From NCBI GenBank assembly GCA_963782125.1, contig CAWAID010000008.1, positions 114,795 through 178,794 on the forward strand: a DNA stretch of 64,000 nucleotides. Direction: 5' to 3'. The notes beneath the pieces were generated by a model that saw only the letters and a program-made list of their open reading frames with translations, was not told the DNA's origin and ran no database searches. The DNA comes from an uncultured Bacteroidota bacterium. Lineage in GTDB: Bacteria; Bacteroidota; Bacteroidia; Chitinophagales; Chitinophagaceae. This document shows positions 58,221 to 64,000 of the stretch, one piece after another (position 1 is the stretch's first letter; every line of letters begins with the position of its first letter). The position numbers were made by a program, and so were the translations under genes.

Positions 58221-59660
58221 ATGTCCGGCGCAAAAAGCCTTTTAGGAGTATCATTCTCTGCGCCCACATTCCGTAGCAGCGGGGAAAAATGCTTTTCAGC
58301 ACAGGCAATACGCACGCTGGACATGAGGGTCAATACGCTGACGGAGTTGGCGGATAAGATAGGCGTGGCAGCTACAGACCTGCGTGATGAGTCCGGTATC
58401 CCGATTGTGTTCCGCAAGTTTAAGGCTGCAGTTGGCTCCCCGCAGGAATTACGATTGAAGAATCGGGAAGTCAGAACGCTTGCTCATGCCTTGGATTATT
58501 CAGAAAAGGGATTAACCGCCATCCTGGGAGCCACCCCAGAATTGGAACGGGCGCTGCGCATAATTACCCTTCAATGGAAAGACGGCTTCATTACAGCCTT
58601 GCTCGGCTGCTATCTCAAAAACTGGAACGCTTCCCCTGAAACATCACAACGGCTTTTGTATCAGACTATTTCCGGGCGACTTCGAGATTATGCCGGTAAG
58701 CGACCAGCCTATCTGGCTATGAAGGCTGGCTCCCGCTATTTTATGCCTTCTAATGGCGACCTCCTTTTAGGTTCTGACCTGGCGATAAAAAATGTCTCTA
58801 TTGCAACCGCAGCAAAATGTATCGCGCTGCCGGAATCATGGATGATGTACCCTTACTTCCACGGCGTCATTCTCACTTTCTACGAAAAGAACTCAGGTAA
58901 GCTTACGCGAATATTACCAGACATTGAAGCTGCATTGAGACTTCATGCCGCCAATACAAAGGGCTCATGGACATCGCTCTTGCTGATAAGCAAGCTCATA
59001 GGGGAAGCCAATATGCCGGATAGGGCAGGGCTACAGGAGCAGGTGAAGCTGCTTGCCTTTTCTTTAGTCGGCGACCCTGCCGTTGTGGCAAACTGGACAG
59101 CACCCTCAGGCAAGGCAGCACATGAGACAAAGCTCATTGAACAAGCAAGACAGATTCTGAATGAGTGGATTACCCGCCAGTTCATTACCGTATTTTTTGA
59201 AACCTGCCTGGACGACACGCGCCGGAAGGCATTTTGGCTAAGTATGGCAAAACGGGTTTCGGCGTTTAAGGTGTTTGGCTCGCAATCCGTTCGTGCTGCA
59301 TTAAAGCGTGATGAACGAGTAAAAGACTTTGTTGATAACAGGTATCAGGTGAGCGGCGGAAGCACTAATGTTGCGGCCATATTGATGCATGTCGGCGAGT
59401 ATGCGCTTGTAGAATTTAGCGACACGGGCTGGGCGTTTTATGCCTACCGGATTGGCAGCAAATACTGTCCGCGCATGGACGAATATTATCACAACATAGG
59501 TGAGCTGCGCAATACCGGATTGCCCAGACTCTTATATCGTCAAGGCCGCCAAATGGGCAATCTCTCTGACGAAGGAAGTTTGAATCATCACCCTAAAGGA
59601 GAAATAAGCTGGGAAGAAGTGTTTAGATACTGGATAAGTCAAAAAATTGGCAACGCATGA
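58221..59660 (+). CDS. Hypothetical protein in the ZorC position
   Basis: 479 aa with no confidently recognised domain; overlaps the start of the SNF2 gene. Confidence 0.4.
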   Translation: MSGAKSLLGVSFSAPTFRSSGEKCFSAQAIRTLDMRVNTLTELADKIGVAATDLRDESGIPIVFRKFKAAVGSPQELRLKNREVRTLAHALDYSEKGLTAILGATPELERALRIITLQWKDGFITALLGCYLKNWNASPETSQRLLYQTISGRLRDYAGKRPAYLAMKAGSRYFMPSNGDLLLGSDLAIKNVSIATAAKCIALPESWMMYPYFHGVILTFYEKNSGKLTRILPDIEAALRLHAANTKGSWTSLLLISKLIGEANMPDRAGLQEQVKLLAFSLVGDPAVVANWTAPSGKAAHETKLIEQARQILNEWITRQFITVFFETCLDDTRRKAFWLSMAKRVSAFKVFGSQSVRAALKRDERVKDFVDNRYQVSGGSTNVAAILMHVGEYALVEFSDTGWAFYAYRIGSKYCPRMDEYYHNIGELRNTGLPRLLYRQGRQMGNLSDEGSLNHHPKGEISWEEVFRYWISQKIGNA

Positions 59661-62491
59661 TACAATGGAAATTCGCCGACGGTCAGTTCACTTTCTTCAT
59701 CCCAGATGGTGGCGGGTTAGCCATGCCTTTGTCAACTTGGAACAGAGAAGAGTTGCTTTCTCAGGCGGTGCTGTTGGAAGAGCTTGCTGACAATGGTTTT
59801 GCAACATCATCGGAAGTTGGTTATGAAGCCGATGCAGAAGCGGTGCTGCGTATGAGCGAATTAGACCAGCGCATTCTTGGCCTGCCCCAAACGTATCCAT
59901 ATGCTATCAGCATACTTTCTGACGGTCAGCTCAATCAATCTTCTTTCCGCTTCGTTTGCCGTTTCTCCGATTTTGTACCTGGTGGCAATCTGCTCCATAT
60001 AATTCGTGATGGGCCTTTACTTACGGCGGATGATAAGACCTACTTGCTTTCCGCGGCACATTTCGCCGTTTGCGAAGCGTTGGATGGCTTTAATGCCATG
60101 CCGGATTCGGAGCACAGCTTTAAGGAACACCTGCTCCACTTCTCAAAAATCAAATCGCTTGCTGATGAAGCCGGCATTCATCTGGATAGCTATTTGCAAG
60201 GCCAGGAGCTTTTGGTACCTCAGAAAATCAAAGCAGATTTTCAGGTAGCGAGTGATGGCACGCTGGAAGTATTTCCGGTAGTTGATGTTGCTGATAACTC
60301 AAGCTTCGTCAGGGCCTACGATAAATTTCCTGCTGCGCGCGAAATCTATCCGATTGCAGACAATACGGGTACAACAACACGGGTGGTAATTGATGAGGCG
60401 CAACAGGCACAGCTTCAGCAGATGAAGCGTGTGCGTAGGGTGCGTGATAGAGCGCAGATTGCCGCGATTATAAAGAATCCAACAGAATACTTTTCTCCTG
60501 AAACGGATTTGTCAGAGTTCTACAGCGAGCGCGTTATTGAGCTTGGCATTTACAAGCCAAAATTTTATCCCTTCGTCTGCCCATACAAGTCGGAATGGAT
60601 ACCCGGCTTTGCGATACAAGCTGCAGGTAGCGCTGAACAGCGCGTAACATTTGAATCAGAAGAATCGCTAAATGAGTTTGAGACTGCAGTGAATGCGGCA
60701 CAGGATTCCGGCGCAGAGACGTTTGTCTGGGAGGGCGCAGATGTACCGGTAGCTGGAGCTGCTGCGCTTATTCGCGTTGCACGCAAGCAATTTGCTCAGC
60801 CAGAAAAGCCGCTTCCCGACGACACGACAGACAGCGAGGGGCGAAAGGTGCTCATTGTGTATGAAAATGCCGACGCACTTGAATATGCGCCAGGGCACGC
60901 TGCGGACGTTTACGACTATCACGGCTTTACCCCTGTCCAAAACCTCGCTTCCGGCATTACGCTAAAGGAACACCAGGTTGCAGGTGTGGCTTGGCTTCAA
61001 ACCCTTTGCAAGGCCCGCCATCCTGGATGCTTGCTGGCAGATGACATGGGCCTGGGAAAGACCCTGCAGCTTCTCTACTTTATCGAGTGGCACGCTCGGC
61101 ATTTTAATCCAGAAGGAAAGCCTTATCTCGTTGTTGCCCCGGTGAGCCTTCTGGAAAACTGGGAAGCCGAGTACAAGCGGTTTTTCTCGCCTTGCACACT
61201 CAGGCTTAATCCGCTTCACGGCGGCGTGCAGGTCGGTAAATCGTTCAGTCCGGATACGGTCGCTGCCTTACAGCAGCCACAGATAATCCTTACCAACTAC
61301 GAGACGATGCGCACATACCAGCTTAACCTCTGCGCTGTGAATTATGCGGTAGTTGTGTTGGATGAAGCCCAAAAGATAAAAACGCCCGGCACGCTCATTA
61401 CTAATGTTGTCAAAGCCATCAAGGCTGACTTCAGGATAGCCATGACAGGCACACCGATTGAGAACACATTCGTAGACCTGTGGTGCATTATGGACTTCTC
61501 TGTACCGGGCCTGCTTGGCTTCGCAAAAGACTTTTCAAAGCAATATCAGCAACCACTGAAAGAAGAAGGAACCGATGTTGCGGCATTAGGGCAACAGTTA
61601 CACGAACGTACAGGCATTTTCCTTAAAAGGAGGATGAAAAGGGACGTGCTTAAAGACCTTCCCGAAAAGGTGCCCCAAATTATAAGGCGTGCAATGCCGC
61701 CAGTTCAAATTCAGCGCTATCGGGAGGCGGTCGGGGCCATTAAAGAAGGTAATGATTCGAGCCCCGAGACAGGCGCGGATATGCTGCGTGTCCTTCATGC
61801 AATCCGCGATATATCGGACCATCCTTTCCTTGCAAACGGTGAGGCAGAAGGGAAAAACACAGCAGAGCTAATTGCAACCTCGGCTAAGTTGCAATTGACT
61901 GTAGAACTGTTGCACATTATTCGTGATGCAGGGGAAAAGGTCATTGTATTTGCCGACCGGAAAGGAACACAAAGGATTTTGCAACAGGCCATCCGAGATA
62001 CATTTGGCATCACGCTCAGCATCATCAATGGCGACACACCGACCACCCGTAGGCCGCAAGGCGCTAATCATCAGAGTCGCCAGCAAACTATTGACCGGTT
62101 TAGCTCGCAAAAGGGATTTGGCGTAATAATCATGTCGCCACTTGCCGCAGGGGTGGGTCTCAACGTTACTGCCGCGAATCACGTGATTCATTATTCTCGT
62201 CATTGGAATCCGGCAAAAGAAGAGCAGGCTACTGACCGAGCGTACCGAATAGGCCAAACAAAGGCAGTGCATGTGTATTACCCGATGGCTGTATTTCCTG
62301 AACAGGTAACGGATGGACAGGTGACAATAGCCCGCGCGTTTGATGAGGTGCTGGATGCATTACTTTCCCGTAAAATGTCGCTTGCTACTTCTACATTGTA
62401 CCCCACGGAGCAAACAGAAGTCAGGGCAGATGAGATGATGCAGGGCTTATTCGGTAAGGAAGTATTGCCTGTAAATGAGCTTGCTGCGTAA
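59657..62491 (+). CDS. SNF2-family helicase with ~400-aa N-terminal domain (ZorD-like)
   Basis: Motifs LKEHQVAGVAWL, LADDMGLGKTLQ, VVLDEAQKIK, MTGTPIEN and HYSRHWNPAKEEQATDRAYRIGQ. Confidence 0.85.
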   Translation: MIQWKFADGQFTFFIPDGGGLAMPLSTWNREELLSQAVLLEELADNGFATSSEVGYEADAEAVLRMSELDQRILGLPQTYPYAISILSDGQLNQSSFRFVCRFSDFVPGGNLLHIIRDGPLLTADDKTYLLSAAHFAVCEALDGFNAMPDSEHSFKEHLLHFSKIKSLADEAGIHLDSYLQGQELLVPQKIKADFQVASDGTLEVFPVVDVADNSSFVRAYDKFPAAREIYPIADNTGTTTRVVIDEAQQAQLQQMKRVRRVRDRAQIAAIIKNPTEYFSPETDLSEFYSERVIELGIYKPKFYPFVCPYKSEWIPGFAIQAAGSAEQRVTFESEESLNEFETAVNAAQDSGAETFVWEGADVPVAGAAALIRVARKQFAQPEKPLPDDTTDSEGRKVLIVYENADALEYAPGHAADVYDYHGFTPVQNLASGITLKEHQVAGVAWLQTLCKARHPGCLLADDMGLGKTLQLLYFIEWHARHFNPEGKPYLVVAPVSLLENWEAEYKRFFSPCTLRLNPLHGGVQVGKSFSPDTVAALQQPQIILTNYETMRTYQLNLCAVNYAVVVLDEAQKIKTPGTLITNVVKAIKADFRIAMTGTPIENTFVDLWCIMDFSVPGLLGFAKDFSKQYQQPLKEEGTDVAALGQQLHERTGIFLKRRMKRDVLKDLPEKVPQIIRRAMPPVQIQRYREAVGAIKEGNDSSPETGADMLRVLHAIRDISDHPFLANGEAEGKNTAELIATSAKLQLTVELLHIIRDAGEKVIVFADRKGTQRILQQAIRDTFGITLSIINGDTPTTRRPQGANHQSRQQTIDRFSSQKGFGVIIMSPLAAGVGLNVTAANHVIHYSRHWNPAKEEQATDRAYRIGQTKAVHVYYPMAVFPEQVTDGQVTIARAFDEVLDALLSRKMSLATSTLYPTEQTEVRADEMMQGLFGKEVLPVNELAA

Positions 62492-62586
62492 ATCACATAG
62501 AGCTATTGCGCTTCTTTTGAAATAATCTACATTAGGCTAAGCGATTGCCTCAAGGCAACTAATCCCAATAACTGTGCAGGGGTACC

Positions 62587-63087
62587 TTAGCCAACCGCAT
62601 AATCCATATCACGCGTTGGATCGTACTGAATTTCTAGGTCAGTGCCGTTCCATATTGCACGACAGCTTTCGAGCCTGTACGTATCTCCTCCGGGTCCAAC
62701 TATGCCCACGTAGTCTTCTATTAAATCCAGTAGCAGCACTTCTTCGCCTTGTCCTATATCCTTAGGTATCAGATAGGCAGCGTAAGGCGATTTAAAGTAG
62801 TAGGGGTAGTACTTGTGTGCTAAGACCTTTTCCCAAGACGGGCTATGATACGTCTCATCGCGTGGGTCAACATTGTCAGCAATTTCTCCGGTGCGGGTAT
62901 TGCGAACCAGATTGTAGTAGTGCCATATCTTTTTTGAGGGTACTACTTTCCGTAGCAAAGGGAAGAAACCTTGCCGAACACCAGAGTTGATACTTCTTAT
63001 ACTACGAGCCGTTCTTATTTTCCGCAGGCGGCGAGCAGCGTAGTCAACGGATACTTCTTCTGTGTTTTCCATGAATGATTTGGACAT
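62587..63087 (-). CDS. Hypothetical protein
   Basis: ORF only. Confidence 0.35.
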   Translation of the reverse strand: MSKSFMENTEEVSVDYAARRLRKIRTARSIRSINSGVRQGFFPLLRKVVPSKKIWHYYNLVRNTRTGEIADNVDPRDETYHSPSWEKVLAHKYYPYYFKSPYAAYLIPKDIGQGEEVLLLDLIEDYVGIVGPGGDTYRLESCRAIWNGTDLEIQYDPTRDMDYAVG

Positions 63088-63355
63088 TGGGGTCGGTGAG
63101 ACTAATCTTCAGGCAGGTGCCTGGTTCAACTGCAAGCATCTCTAGCAGGGATTCTGCGCTATAGCGACCCGCATCTATTATAGAATGGCTGCATTGGCTG
63201 CACTGCCGGCTGCCCGAATCGCCAAGATTTTTGTTTAGGGAATCCCAGTCAATCCTGTACGGACATTGCAGCTTTTTGATGAGCTGCCCATTGCCTGCGA
63301 ATAGTTCGCTCGTACTAGGATTAAATTTCAACGTGTTTACAATCTGTAGACTCAT
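63044..63355 (-). CDS. Hypothetical small protein with Cys-rich CSQCSH motif
   Basis: ORF only; overlaps the downstream gene by 44 nt. Confidence 0.3.
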   Translation of the reverse strand: MSLQIVNTLKFNPSTSELFAGNGQLIKKLQCPYRIDWDSLNKNLGDSGSRQCSQCSHSIIDAGRYSAESLLEMLAVEPGTCLKISLTDPNVQIIHGKHRRSIR

Positions 63356-63449
63356 AGGTCTGTGCTACACGGCAAGGATAGTGTTCTATGTTCAGAAGAT
63401 TAATTTGACCCTAGTAAAGTCCAGAGACTTCGCTAAGCCGGTATCGGAA

Positions 63450-63935
63450 TTACTTTTTGCTTGACCTGCCACTCTTAGGCCAAACTTGTTCTCCTATAGC
63501 AATAAATTCACGCACAGGCATATTTCTTCGTGGCTTACCATTTTTCGGTCTCGGCTTCTTAAAATGCGCTTCTATGGTTTTGTTGTCTGCCTTATATATG
63601 GCGGTTACCTCATAGTCAGAGCCAAGTAATACCAATAATACGTAGTGCCAGGTTTTGTCATCCTGGCTGGCTGCAATAGTTGGCACGCGCTGACTCTTGT
63701 TGTTGCGAATAACTCGCGTCTTAACCTGCACTTCGTTTCCATTGCAGTCAATGAGGTCATGTCCAGCATTCCTAGCGCCTTTAAACTTGCATTTCAACTT
63801 TATTGCAGCTTCGTATTCTCCGAGTTCACCGGTAATCCCTAGGGGCCTTTCCGTTAGTGCATAGTATGCAATTGCAGACGCTTTTGCCGTTTGAAATATC
63901 TCGCCTATCGAAGCTAATTGCTTACCCGAGTACAT
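63450..63935 (-). CDS. Small PD-(D/E)xK nuclease-like protein
   Basis: GELGEYEAAIKL...HDLID...NEVQVKT fits a D-x(n)-E-x-K active-site arrangement. Confidence 0.45.
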   Translation of the reverse strand: MYSGKQLASIGEIFQTAKASAIAYYALTERPLGITGELGEYEAAIKLKCKFKGARNAGHDLIDCNGNEVQVKTRVIRNNKSQRVPTIAASQDDKTWHYVLLVLLGSDYEVTAIYKADNKTIEAHFKKPRPKNGKPRRNMPVREFIAIGEQVWPKSGRSSKK

Positions 63936-64000
63936 AAGATTTGGATATCAAAAGGCGGTTAGTCTTTACACTGAAGTTGGTACATCGTTATCGTGGCTGA

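Overview
The window appears to be a Bacteroidetes-type chromosome in two parts. The first part (1 to ~25.6 kb, GC-rich) carries housekeeping genes: pfkB kinase, enoyl-CoA hydratase, tsaE, gcvH, tspO, hpt, mqnD/mqnB, queD, folE, T9SS-secreted proteins, an M28 peptidase and an SSS transporter. The second part (~26 to 64 kb) is AT-rich accessory DNA that begins just after a tRNA-Pro(GGG) gene and is packed with defence and mobile-element genes. In order it holds an AbiL-like AAA_21 ATPase plus RloB pair, hipBA, rtcB with an SPFH protein, and a BrxR-like WYL regulator with a MazG-like NTPase. Next comes a nine-gene, translationally coupled Thoeris-like operon: three TIR/ThsB genes, a SIR2-SLOG ThsA, a SLATT 2TM protein, a RelA/SpoT pyrophosphokinase and two unknown genes. 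It is followed by an orphan HipA N-terminal fragment, RteC-like/excisionase-like genes, a cluster of a CSD-like ORF, a DEDD exonuclease and a RecQ-like helicase, an IS21 element (istAB) inserted next to or into a UvrD-like helicase gene, a Zorya-like MotB/MotA/ZorC?/SNF2 module with non-canonical gene order, and a small PD-(D/E)xK nuclease. Many genes look interrupted: frameshifts in the AAA_21 ATPase, queD, SLATT, excisionase, MotB-like and MotA-like genes, and in-frame TAG/TGA stops in ThsA and its neighbour. This is either real island decay or indel-type sequencing error. Also notable are a diverged ~0.7-kb duplication of caiD-tsaE flanking a 2.4-kb insert, and a family of ~70-bp palindromic intergenic repeats associated with GTTGGAG-like heptamer tracts. 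All calls are by eye from the sequence and ORF track; no searches were run.
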